Origin: Octopus vulgaris
Lineage: Eukaryota
Direction: 5' to 3'
DNA: 64,000 bases
Assembly (NCBI GenBank): GCA_951406725.2
Contig: OX597835.1
Coordinates: forward strand, 43,028,001-43,092,000
The first letter of the stretch is position 1. Each line of letters begins with the position of its first letter. A program made the position numbers and the translations under genes. Shown here in pieces: positions 51,570-64,000 of this stretch. Under the pieces are notes generated by a model. That model searched no databases. It had not been told where the DNA came from and saw only the letters and a list, made by a program, of their open reading frames with translations.

Positions 51570-52709
51570 CTCTTACTCATTATGCACAGATACACATGAC
51601 ACGTCATACACAGTCATAGATATATATATCTGCATGCATAAACACACAAAGATACAGATATATACATGCATATGCACACACACACACACACCATACACTC
51701 ACACACACACATGCAAGCAATCACATACACACACAAAATATAAATTTTCCCTCCAATCATTATGAAATTCCAGTTAATTAAAAAGGAAGTTCGGAGAAAG
51801 GAGGAGAGGAAGATAAAACGATGACTCGTTTCATAATTAGTGATATAGCAATTAATGAAAACTATAATTTGGGGTGTTGGTATCAAGAATAATTGTTTCT
51901 CTTAGTGATAACCAATAACGCTAATTGTTTATAAAACAAGCCCTGATACCAGTAATTTCAAGTGGGCAGTACCATCAACTGCAGTACTTGAGTGGTACTC
52001 TATATTATTGACCTCACCTCCCCAATTGAGAAAATATAAAGTGGAGACATGTAGCTTAGTGGTTAGGGTGTTGGACTCACAATCCTAAGAATGTGGTTTC
52101 AATTCCTGGACCAGGCAATGCATTGTGTTCTTGAGCAAGACACTTCATTTCACATTGCTCCAGTGTAGAAATGAGTACCACTAGTGGAGGCGGGTCATTT
52201 AGATTCACAATCGTAAGATTGTGGTTTCAATCCCTGGCTTGGATGACGGGTTGTTGAACAAAACATTTCAGTTCACTCAGCTGTAGAAATGAGTGTAGAA
52301 ATGAAGCTCATCCCTGGATTTTTTGCCTTAGATTATGCTGCATGGCTGCAGCACCCCCAACGACCCCCAAGGGGTTAAGGGACTCGTCACTGTCAAAGTT
52401 GATGTTGGTAGGATTTGAACTGAGTGCGTAAAGATCCACAACTTCGATACAATAAGTCATGGCATCTGACACCAAACTGAGATGGCTGTGAAGAGCAACA
52501 AAAGCACTTTGATGGACAAACAATCAATCGATCGTTTAACCAACACCTTAAATAAATAATCAATTAGTTGGTTGGTTAGATGTTTAACTGATTGACTGAT
52601 AAAGGAGTGGAACTGAACCAGTGTGTGTATTAATATAATAATACTAGCATAATGACTCTCCCTAGACACAACAAAACATACACCCATATACAACCACTGC
52701 TCTTTAGAC

Positions 52710-52785
<76 letters not shown>

Positions 52786-52794
52786 GAAGTATTG

Positions 52795-53101
52795 TTGTTG
52801 TTTGTTCCTTCTCGAGCCACGCCTAGCTCATAGGGCTGGTTTCCCAGTTTACTTGGCGTATAGGTTCCCCACCTGGACGGAACACCGGTCTGTCGCAGGT
52901 GAGCTGCAAGATGCAGGAGGAAATAGTGAGAGAAAGTTGTGGTGAAAGAGTCAGCAGAAGTTCACCATTACCTTCTGCTGGAGTCGTGTAGAGCTTAGGT
53001 GTTTCACTCATAAGCACACACACATCGCCCAGTCTGAGATTCGAATTCACGATCCCTCAACCGCAAGTCTACTGTTCTAACCACTAGGCCATGTGCCTCC
53101 A
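52795..53101 (-). mobile_element. tRNA-headed SINE (38781 family)
   Basis: Reverse complement of 38781-39068. Confidence 0.85.
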
Positions 53102-53164
53102 CATATAGGGAGTAACTTTACATTAAGAAGTGGAACGTGCAATTTTTTCTAAGTCAGACTACTT

Positions 53165-53420
53165 CACAGTCCCAGCAGACAAAATAGAAAAGGAATTACC
53201 CTGGAGGATGGCAAGGGAGATGCTCTGGACCAGCCACTCTGACTCACAGGGCTTGCACTTGCAGACAGCCATCTCGTCCCTTGATAGCAGTGAGCAAGGA
53301 TACGATCCAGGAGCCAAGTACACTGGAGGCCTCCACTACCACAGGCTCAACCATAAACCTGTCAGAAAACAAACCAATTCCTTGAGAGTTTGTTTTTCTC
53401 ACCCTGATGAGCAGTAGAGC
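53165..53420 (-). mobile_element. CRE-like retrotransposon restriction-like endonuclease C-terminus remnant
   Basis: FMVEPVVVEASSVLG ... ESEWLVQSISLAILQGNSFSIL resembles the P.A.ET.G ... QRISVAIQRGNA motif. Confidence 0.65.
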
Positions 53421-54039
53421 CTAGGCTGGTCTGCAGCAGTGGGCCCTTCATTTGGGATTCCACATGCTGACACCAAACAAGTCAGTCAAAATTTACCATC
53501 TTTGATGATGGCAATTCTCCCTGAATTAGGAGGAATTTATGTTGAAGTAGATTTTCCTTTGGCCAGATGGCCTTCCTGCTGCCAGTCCCCTTCTGTTTGC
53601 AAGCAAAAGAATATCTCTTCTTTCTCCTTCCTCATCTTCCTCTTCTTTCTCCTTGAACATTGGGGTCAATGTAATCAATTTACCACCTTCCCCTGAAAAT
53701 AACTGATACTTCGACAGTTTGCCTTTCTCACCCTGACAAACAGGGTCTGGGCTGGTCTGTGATGGTGCGCCCCCTCATCTGGGATGTCACATACTATGGC
53801 ACTTGGCACCAAACAATTCTGTCAAAATTTACCACCTCTAATGATAATTCTTCATCATTTGGGCACAAGATCAACAATTTTGAGGTAAGAGGACAGGTTG
53901 ATAGCATCATCATCAGTACTTAGGGACTTTATTTCATCGACCCTCCAGAGGGATGAACAGCAAAGGTGACTTCAATTGGATTTGAACTTGGAACAGAAGA
54001 AATACTGAGTTCATATTTTGGCACAAGGCCCGACCATTG

Positions 54040-54981
<942 letters not shown>

Positions 54982-55119
54982 ATGCAGTAATTTATACATA
55001 TATTCATTGATATAAAATTAATTTTCACCATAAATCAATAAAGAGTTAATAGCTTTTTAAAGTTTAAAAATATTAGCCAATCGTAAGCCACAAACATATT
55101 CGTGCCTGTTTCCATAGTA

Positions 55120-55540
55120 ACAAGCCAAGCATGAGAACTCTTGTCTGCAAGAAAGCACGTGTTGAAAAATATATTCTGCTCATTGAGGTGGTCATGAGAT
55201 GTGAGACGACTGTTGTTATCGCTAGGCCTAACTCATCGTAAAGTCAATACCACCATGACCAATATCCAGTCTACAGTGGAGAATGCTAGCCACTGGATTT
55301 GGTTAAAAAGAGACGATGAGCGATGGCTAGAAGGATACTGAGTTTAACTTCATAACCAGCTGATCTAGCAAGCGGGGCCTCATATCAGGGAGGGGTCCGG
55401 TGCGCATTGATGCCGTCAAGAGGTAGGCCCCGAAACGGCGCACATTCTCTCCTGATGACCCCATACACTTGCTGGCTTCTGGTATATGGAGCTTTTGACT
55501 AGTAGCACTTGCATGTGCAAGTTGTTTGCAAGACATCTAA
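55120..55540 (+). mobile_element. Hero-like (RLE-type) retrotransposon 3' end
   Basis: RRLLLSLGL..IQSTVENASHWIWLKRDDERW* followed by a GC-rich structured UTR. Confidence 0.65.
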
Positions 55541-56090
55541 AATAATGGCTAAATAGGTTTTAAATTACACACCCCAAAAACCTTTTGATTCTGTTTTAAC
55601 ATAATCGTTTGAATTCTCTTATGCAGAATACAAATTTACAAAAATTTTCTGGAAATTCCAGAAAATAAAAAAAGTTACAAGTGGTTATTGAGCATACTTG
55701 AAGCAGAATTCCGCTAGAATTTACAGTTGACAACACGTGTTGCCATACACAAAATGACAGCTTCCAAATCCTGTTTTCTCACTGGGTAAAAATTAATAAA
55801 CTTTAAACCTCTATAACTATATTTTTTTTTAATTTTCAGGAAAAAGTAATATTTTGTTTTGATTTTAATTTTCAGGAAAAACTGAAATATCTCCTGAGAT
55901 TCAGCATGGAAAACTACATCAATACACCAAAATTTTAAAATTTTCAATAAACTATGACATTTCCACAGGTGCAGCCAAACAGGAAAGAAAGAAAGAAAGA
56001 AAAAGATTATTTTACATTTAAATGGGAGAGGATTTGCAACAAGAAGACCATCTGGTCACAGGAAAATCTACTTCAGTACAAATTTCACAT

Positions 56091-56245
56091 GAGTGGCTGT
56101 GTGGTAAGTAGCTTGCTAACCAACCACATGGTTCCGGGTTCAGTCCCACTGCATACATCTTGGGCAAGTGTCTTCTGCTATAGCCTCGGGCCGACCAATG
56201 CCTTGTGAGTGGATTTGGTAGACGGAAACTGAAAGAAGTCTGTTG

Positions 56246-56276
<31 letters not shown>

Positions 56277-56473
56277 TTGTGTGTCTGTGTTTGTCCCCTT
56301 AGCATTGCTTGACAACCGATGCTGGTGTGTTTACGTCCCCGTCACTTAGCGGTTCGGCAAAAGAGACCGAAAGAATAAGTACTGGGCTTACAAAGAATAA
56401 GTCCTGGGGTCGATTTGCTCGACTAAAGGCGGTGCTCCAGCATGGCTGCAGTCAAATGACTGAGTAAAAGAGT
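56091..56473 (+). mobile_element. SINE family A
   Basis: Family consensus. Confidence 0.92.
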
Positions 56474-56514
56474 AGAAATTATGTTAAAAACTGCCGTTCA
56501 AACCGAAAAGATCC
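56474..56514 (-). mobile_element. Solo left terminus of the Merlin-like MITE
   Basis: Reverse complement of the first ~41 bp of the 11977 copy. Confidence 0.85.
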
Positions 56515-57511
56515 AAATTAAAAAGTTTTGTGTCGATTGATTTGACTAAAACTTCTTTGAGGCAGTGCCCCAGCATGGCCACAGTCTAATGAATGAAATG
56601 AGTAAAAAATAAAAGATAGTGTGTCATAACGCTAACTTTTAGTGCCTCGCCAAAGGGACGCTGTGGATTGTGAAACCAAAAGGGTTGAGGTGAACACAAT
56701 TTCGTTCTGGCTTTTTATCAATGAGTTACAATGACAAATAAATGTGAATGAATGCAAAGCAAGAAAGACTGAGTAAGTGAATGTGTGTGTGGAGGCGCAT
56801 GTATGAATGCATCTATGTGTGTGTGTATGTATGGGTGATGTGATGTGAGAGAGAGGAGGAGGCAGGGAGTAAACGGAATGTGTTAAAGATCAGTCAGTGT
56901 GCACCAGTAACAGAAGGCAAGTAGGATTAAATGGTAAGCAAACGGGGGGGAGAAGGTAGGGAGACAGAGACAGATAAAAGGATGTCATATTTTTTGATAA
57001 TGACCCTAGCACTGAGGGGAGAGAGAGAGACAGAGAGACAGACAGACAGGCAAAGAAAGAGAAAGACTAACAGACAGAACGAGAGAGAGTGAGAAAGAGA
57101 GAGGAGAGTATATATGAGAGAAGGGGGAGCATGTATACGAGAAGAGGGGAGAGGCAGTAAGATTAAATTAGATAGATAGATGATACCTCATTTATAGTGA
57201 CCTTACAGAAGAGGAGGAGGAGAGGAAGGAGAGAGAGAGAGAGTGGACGAAAGAGAGGAGTCAAGTTGCAAAGGTCAGCTTTAAAGACCAACCATTAAAT
57301 AACTAAATTGCCAGATATCAGTGTTTCAGAATGGACAAATTAGAGGTGACCGAAACTAGCAGGAGGCACGGAGAGGGGAGAGGAGAAAATTAATGGTGGA
57401 CCGAACCTGGGGATGGGGGGTTCGAGTTTGTCGTGGTAAAAGAAAAACAATATAATTCACACATAAAAGTATTTATGTCAAATTATATATATCTATATAT
57501 ATACACACATC

Positions 57512-57922
57512 ATTTGTACGATGTGGAGAATATACCGCCAACTGAACATTAGCTTCAAGGTTCATCCAAGACTGGGACCACAGGCCATACGTCCCCTGCC
57601 CAATTCAAGATCACAGCATACATGTACACTACAACATAATTTCTTTTCCTCAACAGGCCCTGCCCTATTTAACATTGTCCCGAAAGAGATCAAAGAGATA
57701 AAAGGATTCCATCAACTTTAAACGGAGTCTGGATAGATTCCTTCAAGGAATACCAGATAAGCCACCCATAATTGGATACAACTCACCCAACAAAAACTCA
57801 CTACTTGAATGGACCATAAACAAAACTTGACTTAAACAGGATTCGAATAATCCTATCAGGTGGTGCTATTAAGTTAGACATGGCCTGGACCAATCATTGG
57901 TCGAAACATATCTAAGTTTATA
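57512..57922 (+). mobile_element. LINE 3' end (same broad group as 49710)
   Basis: NFFSSTGPALFNIVPKEIK..FKRSLDRFLQGIPDKP..NKNSLLEW. Confidence 0.72.
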
Positions 57923-58320
57923 AATATTACCAATATATATATATATATTTATTCCTGAGCATTATACTAATACATCTGTTTGTTTTGTACACCACCTGTC
58001 TTCGTCTTTTGTTTTTTTTTTGTAAAGTCTCCCTATATATATAATTATATAATTTGACAAATACTTTTATGTGTGAATTATATTATTTTTCTTTATGAAC
58101 TATATTTAGAATACAAGATAATACAATGGATTTTCCATATGAATATTATGGATTATTGCAGAAGAATAACCAAGGAAGTATATGTAAATTTAAAGACTCA
58201 TCAAAAGCAGCAATTTTTAATTTTAATTCTTCTTTCAAACAAACACCTTTTTATAGTTTTACTTCAAATTTTTTTTTAAGAAACTACCATTCGATATGTT
58301 ATACAGAATTCAAATTTTAT

Positions 58321-58410
58321 ATCTCTGAAGAGCAGAAGCATTGTCTATAAATGCTTTTCAATATCGGTTTTCATTATAGGGACAACCCTTCTGTGAAACG
58401 ATCGTAAGGT
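58321..58410 (+). ncRNA. Type I hammerhead with long stem-II loop
   Basis: AUCU-CUGAAGA-GCAGAAG(~49 nt)CUUCUGU-GAAAC-GAUC-GUA-AGGU. Confidence 0.75.
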
Positions 58411-58622
58411 ACTTTAAATAATTAATTCAAAACTTTTAAACTGTCGCATACATTATATATTTATACTTATACATATCTACATATATTTTTATACATATTT
58501 ATATTTATTTATTTATATATTTTTAATACAATTTTTTTTCACATGTGTATATCTTTCTGAGGAGTTTTGATATTGATTTCCTAATATTAATAATAGCATA
58601 TTATTTTTTTAAAATATGTATA

Positions 58623-58670
<48 letters not shown>

Positions 58671-58673
<3 letters not shown>

Positions 58674-58825
58674 GAGTAACTGTGTGGTAAGAAGCTTGCT
58701 TCCCAACCACATGGTTCCAGGTCCAGGCACACTGCATGGCACCTTGGGCAAGTCTCTTCTACTATAGTCTCAGGACAACCAAAGCCTTGAGTGAATTTGG
58801 TAGATGAAAACCGAAAGAATTCCGT

Positions 58826-58857
<32 letters not shown>

Positions 58858-59041
58858 CTTGTGTGTGTGTGTGTGTGTGTGTGTTTATTCTCCCCCACCA
58901 ACTGATGTTGGTGTCTTTAAGTCCTTGTAACCTAGCAGTTCAGCCTAAGGGACCAATAAAATAAGTACTAGGGTCAATTTGTTCGACTAAAGGCAGTGCT
59001 CCAGCATGGCTGCAGTAAAATGACTGAAACAAGTAAAAAAA
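58671..59041 (+). mobile_element. SINE family A (diverged)
   Basis: Family consensus. Confidence 0.85.
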
Positions 59042-59148
59042 AATATGTAAGTTGTCCAAAAGTCAGGAAAAATATACACCCATAAATCTGTCAACAGGGT
59101 GGATATATTATCTATAAGTGTACAGGATTATATATCCATTATGGCCAG

Positions 59149-59229
59149 TCTTACCAATCGGTTTCACACTAGGGATTCAATGGAGCATTAAGTAATAATC
59201 TGATTATGTAACCCTATGCTCATCAGAGG
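59149..59229 (-). ncRNA. Type I hammerhead fold with weak stem I
   Basis: CU-CUGAUGA-GCAUAGGG..CCCUAGUGU-GAAACC-GAUU-GGUA-AG. Confidence 0.6.
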
Positions 59230-59719
59230 TAGCCAATATGGAATGAAATATGGCGATTGCTCTCTTGGAGTTGAATAGACACATCTGGTCTGTGACTGCT
59301 GTGAAAAAGATGATGAAATGAAACAAGCAGGTGACCGAGTTAAGAGTTATGTCCCTTGGTACCAAAAAACATTGCCACTAGGGTGGTTATGTTGCCAGTT
59401 GGTAAGAGTTATCTTGGAGTGTTTGTGAGAAATGTGTGTCCTTGAGATTGGTGTTCTTGTGGAAGAAAAGAAGTTTGTGTAGTGGTACTATATGTGTAAC
59501 TTTTGCAGGAGGGGTGGGCATACACGTGTGTGCAGGGGTTCAATATGTGCAGGAGTTTATATTGGTGGGGATGGAAAACAGTTTATTGAGTAGGTGTCTG
59601 CTGTGTAGGAATGTGCATGTTTGTTTGCAGGTGCATTAGTGTATGCCCTGGTCAAACTCTTTGCTGGACTCCAGAGTATTGGGAGAGAGCCAAAGCTGGG
59701 AGACTGGCAATTGTAGTAA

Positions 59720-59890
59720 AGCTGGAGCATGCAGGTATGATAGGATGTACTTCCTCTCATGCGGGCAAGGATTGAAAATCTCACTTCTGCTATTCAAGTA
59801 AATGCTTGGGTTTTAGGTGCTCTTTAAAATTATTCTTTTCTCAGCCAGGCTTAACCTGTACTTCCTGCTGCTATTGAAGTACGGTTTACA
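59720..59890 (-). mobile_element. Penelope-like ORF C-terminus
   Basis: PYFNSSRKYRLSLAEKRIIL..LNSRSEIFNPCPHERKYIL resembles the PY..C.LCL.EK..LNKRSE..CRH terminus of a PLE GIY-YIG subgroup. Confidence 0.7.
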
Positions 59891-61114
59891 GTTCTCTAGG
59901 ATTTTCCACTTTACTCGGTCGTGCTTTCTGTCAAAGACCAAATATGCTTGGCCAGGGTTGTGGCGTTACATCTCTCCGGGATGTTGAAGGAAGAAGACTT
60001 GTGGCACATAGAGACAATACACACCTTTCTATGTGTTTATCTTTTACTTGTTTCAATCACTGGACTGTGGCCAAGCTGGGGCACTGCCTTGATGGTCCTG
60101 ATGGAGTGAATATCAACCTGAATACTTATTTTTTTTAAGTCCAATACTTATTCAATCGGTCTCTTTGGACAAACTGCTAAGTTATGGGGATGTAAACAAA
60201 TCAACAATAATTATTAAGCAGTGGTGGGAGGACAAACATAAAGACACACATCTATATAGGTATACACACACATAAAAAACATATATATATACACATATGT
60301 ACACACACACATATGTATACACTCACACATACACACACACATATGTATACACTCACACATACACACACACACACATATACACGCATACATGTACACACAC
60401 CCACACATCAAAAATGGAGACAAACACCATTCTTCCATGTGATCAGCTTGAAAAATTGTTAAGATATTTTTCTTAACATGAAACCAATGGTAGCCTTAAT
60501 ACGCAGATTAAAGTAATTTTATCCACCAATGCAGTATTTCCCCAAGAGCAGACATTTTTCACAGAATACCAGTAATGAAGGACACCAATTTTATATCAGA
60601 GATATCAGTTTACAAACATCACATGAAGTCAAGGCAAGGTTACAGTAACACACACATGTAGACATGAGTGAGTGTCTGTGTGTGTGTGAGGCCACATGGC
60701 TTAGTGGTTAGGGTGTTACACATACGATCAGAAGATCATCGGTTTAATTACCAGACTGGGTGGTGCAGTGCATTCTTGAGCAAAATACTTTATTTCATGT
60801 TGTTCTGCAAAAGTGCCACACAGTAGAACTGAACCCAGAACCATGGGATTGAGAAGTAAACTTCTTACCACACAATCACACCTGCACCTAGGTGTTAAAA
60901 CCTATCATAATCAATTCTATAGAAAAATATTACATTAAAGTTAAGTGTAATTAACAATTATAGATTAATGACTTTTAGACAAATATTACATTATTTTGTT
61001 CAGGTTATTTCTGCAGATATTCTATAGAACTTATAACCAGCACCATTTTTTGTGACGTTTCATATTGAGATGTCAGATGTAAAGAGATAATGTGATCAAA
61101 GACAAAAGTGGAGA

Positions 61115-61165
61115 ATGAGTGTATAGCCATATTTCGGGAATAGTTGCCCTTTCATCAACACTCAT
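61115..61165 (-). ncRNA. Hammerhead, left arm (C3U, probably decayed)
   Basis: AUGAGUG-UUGAUGA-AA-GGG..CCC-GAAA-UAUGGCUA-UA-CACUCAU. Confidence 0.65.
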
Positions 61166-61303
61166 CTAACTCACGCTTGCCTCCTAACACATTGCTTATA
61201 TAGCCACTGCATACAGTGGTGTTAAGTTATTGGAAATACCAATTTACATATTAGATACATTCTTCGGGGCTGGTATATAAACGTTATGTAAATTTCAGGT
61301 TAG

Positions 61304-61355
61304 ATGAGTGCTGAAGATGGGGCAACAATCCCCGAAATATGGCATATACACTCAT
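61304..61355 (+). ncRNA. Type I hammerhead, right arm, canonical core
   Basis: AUGAGUG-CUGAAGA-U-GGGG caacaau CCCC-GAAA-UAU ggc AUA-UA-CACUCAU. Confidence 0.85.
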
Positions 61356-62127
61356 TACCCATTTTTGTTTTCGATCCCATTGTCTGTTTACATCAGACTG
61401 GCTCTGTAGAATATCTGTAGAAATAACCTTAACAAAATAATGTAAGAGCACTGCTGACAACAGAACGTGGTACTGACTTCTGAAAACATTTAGTATCCCT
61501 TATAGTATATTCGGTTTGCAGAACAAAGTACCACATACCTACAAGTCTTTTAACAAACACTACAAGTAAATGCACAACTTTTGTGTGTGTGTATAATAGG
61601 CAAACATGAAAAACAATAATTTATTGCATGGATATTCAAGCTCAAAGTTGTGTGCCTGTCAATGTGTATTTAAAACTATTATGTTACCTCTGATTTTTGC
61701 TGTAGCTGTGAGTAGAAATTTGTGTTGTATGCAAACCTTGCCTTTCTTTACAAAGTATGTTTATATCAACAGGAGTAAACCCTGCTCAAATTTCTTCAGT
61801 TAAAAATATTCAATCTTATCTTCAAAAAATTTGAGCACAAACTTTCTTTTTTCCACATTTGTGCATGTGTGAGTGCACAAAATGTTGAGATTTGGAGGAA
61901 ATGCTGTAAAGTGGCTGACATTAGAAAGGGGGGCATCTGGCCATAGAAACCATAGCACAAAAGATACGGGAGCATTCTGTAGTTCTTAGATCCATCACAT
62001 CCTTTCAAAACGTCTTATCCATGCCAACATGGAACATCAAAATTAAATGCTGATAATAATGACCTATGACATACTTATTCCAAAAACTGGGACACATAAG
62101 GTTTATATATATATATATATATATAAA

Positions 62128-62450
62128 AGGAGCACTGTCGGTTACGACGATGAGGGTCCCAGCTGATACGATCAACGGAACAGCTTGCTCATGAAATTAC
62201 CATCCAAGTGACTGAGCAATCCACAGACACGTGTACCCCTAACGTAGTTCTTGGAGAGATTCAGCATGACACAGAGTGTGACAAGGCTGACCCTTTTGAA
62301 ATTACAGGTACCACTCATTTTCGCCAGCTGAGTGGATTGGAGCAACGTGAAATAAAGAGTCTTGCTCAAGGACAATGCGTCACTGGGAATTTGAACTCAC
62401 GACCTTACAATTGTGAGTTGAATGCCCTAACCACTAAGCCACATGCCTTC
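62128..62450 (-). mobile_element. tRNA-headed SINE (27836-type head)
   Basis: Minus strand TGGCTTAGTGG and AGTTCAAATTCC boxes. Confidence 0.75.
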
Positions 62451-62477
62451 AAAGGCACATGGCTTAGTGGTTAGGGC

Positions 62478-62537
<60 letters not shown>

Positions 62538-62542
<5 letters not shown>

Positions 62543-62730
62543 AGAATTTACAAAAAAAAAATCAAAAAACAAAAGACGAAGACAGGTGGTGTACAAAACA
62601 AGCAGATGTATTAATATAACGCTCAGGAATAGAAAAAGTCTTTTACATTTTGAGCTTACGCTCTTCTACAGAAAGGGACACAGAAAAAACAAGGAGAGAA
62701 AAAATTGTGTGTAGTGGCTAACGATCTATC

Positions 62731-62732
<2 letters not shown>
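62538..62732 (-). mobile_element. Second copy of the A6U-hammerhead repeat (GAAAC decayed to AAAAU), TA-flanked
   Basis: Near-identical to 41845-42030; a truncated inverse copy lies at about 57950-58035. Confidence 0.8.
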
Positions 62733-62765
<33 letters not shown>

Positions 62766-63092
62766 CATACACATACACACACCCACACAGCAATCACTCA
62801 CCATATCACACCCTCAGTATATCGTGGGTTTCTGCAGGCAATAGGTATTTTTTTTTTTTTTTTTTTTCCGTGGTAAAATAAGTCTAAAAATAAATTGATA
62901 AATAAGAATACAGTACAGTCCTACACTATATAACACATTAATTAAAATAGATTAAAAGTAAATAGGTAGGGTACCACAGATGAGTAAACAAAGAATTACA
63001 CCCATACCGTATGGGAAACGGAACTCGGGTGGGGAGTGTGTGGGGTTGTTTTGCATTTATAATAAATATATACAAATTATAAAAATAACTCA

Positions 63093-63131
<39 letters not shown>

Positions 63132-63176
63132 TAGGCACAATCACACCTGCACCTAGGCGCTATATATATATATATA

Positions 63177-63606
63177 GGTGCAGGAGTGGCTATGTGGTAA
63201 GTAGCTTGTTTACCAACCACATGGTTCCGGGTTCAGTCCCACTGCGTGACACCTTGGGCAGGTGTCTTCTACTGTAGCCTCGGGCCGACCAAAGCCTTGT
63301 GAGTTGATTTGGTAGACGGAAACTGAAAGAAGCCCATCGTATATATGTATATATATATATATATATATATGCGTGTGTGTGTGTTTGTGTGTCTGTGTTT
63401 GTCCCCCTAGCATTGCTTGACAACCGATGCTGGTGTGTTTATGTCCCCGTTACTTATTCTATCGGCAAAAGTGACCGATAGAATAAGTACTCGGCTTACA
63501 AAAGAATAAGTCCCGGATTTGAGTTGCTCGATTAAAGGCGATGCTCCAGCATGGCCACAGTCAAATGACTGAAACAAGTAAAAAGAGAGAAAAAAAGAAA
63601 AAGAGT
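63177..63606 (+). mobile_element. SINE family A (full length)
   Basis: Family consensus. Confidence 0.92.
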
Positions 63607-64000
63607 ACAGTAGTTTCTACTTCAAGGATTTTCACCTATTGGAGGGCTTTGGAATATAACACCCGTGATAGTCAAGGGATTACCATCCATCCATGACAGT
63701 ACCACACAGTTTCCCTGCAACAAATTAACTCACAAGGCATTAGCCAGCTTGGAGCTGTAGTAAAAGACAGCCATCTTCTACTATAAGGTGCCACACAGCA
63801 GACTTGAACACAAAACCACATGGTTGCATAGAGAGCCAGTTAACCATGTGGCCATGCCTTTGCACCTATACATGCAAAGATGCATGTGTGGACATTTGCG
63901 CATGTGTCCATAGCTACATGAATGTTGATATTCCATGCCTGAACACAACTTCCTCTCAGCAAAATACCAATGCGGTTAAGAACAGTGTGGTTTGCAACAA

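Larger units (their letters stand above)
60986..61445. repeat. Foldback element with an HHR in each arm
   Basis: ttacattattttgtt.aggttatttct.cagatattcta ... tagaatatctgtagaaataaccttaacaaaataatgtaa. Confidence 0.88.

Noticed and set aside
53405-53445. CTGATGA followed by a GCAG..CTGC stem
   Set aside because: No GAAA follows; lies antisense within the CRE-like remnant
57262-57365. TTGCAAA-GGTCA..TGACC-GAAACTAG as a variant hammerhead
   Set aside because: Stem II is plausible but stem I and the UH triplet are missing; at best a dead relic

Overview
Eukaryotic, AT-rich, repeat-saturated DNA with no intact long protein-coding ORF. Almost every ORF in the supplied track comes from microsatellites or SINEs. 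The repeat landscape (several high-copy tRNA-headed SINE families, long (TA)n/(GATA)n/(ATT)n tracts, decayed RTE, R4/Dong, CRE, Hero, CR1-like, Gypsy, Penelope, mariner/Tc1, piggyBac-, Merlin- and Helitron-type remnants) resembles an octopus/cephalopod intron or intergenic region; the organism is an inference. A few isolated exon candidates are present but cannot be assembled into a named gene. The main hidden signal is structural RNA: I can draw about 14 type-I hammerhead ribozyme (HHR) folds by eye in 64 kb, from roughly ten unrelated repeat families, mostly Penelope-like termini. They include non-canonical cores that a CUGANGA search would miss (a G3:C8 swap at 43395-43444, U3:A8 at 50818-50862, A6U at 41937-41972, A6C at 19867-19956), a tRNA-headed SINE carrying an HHR in an apparent head-to-head palindrome (40125-40426), and a foldback element with an HHR in each arm (60986-61445). 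All folds were made by manual base-pairing; activity and novelty are untested.
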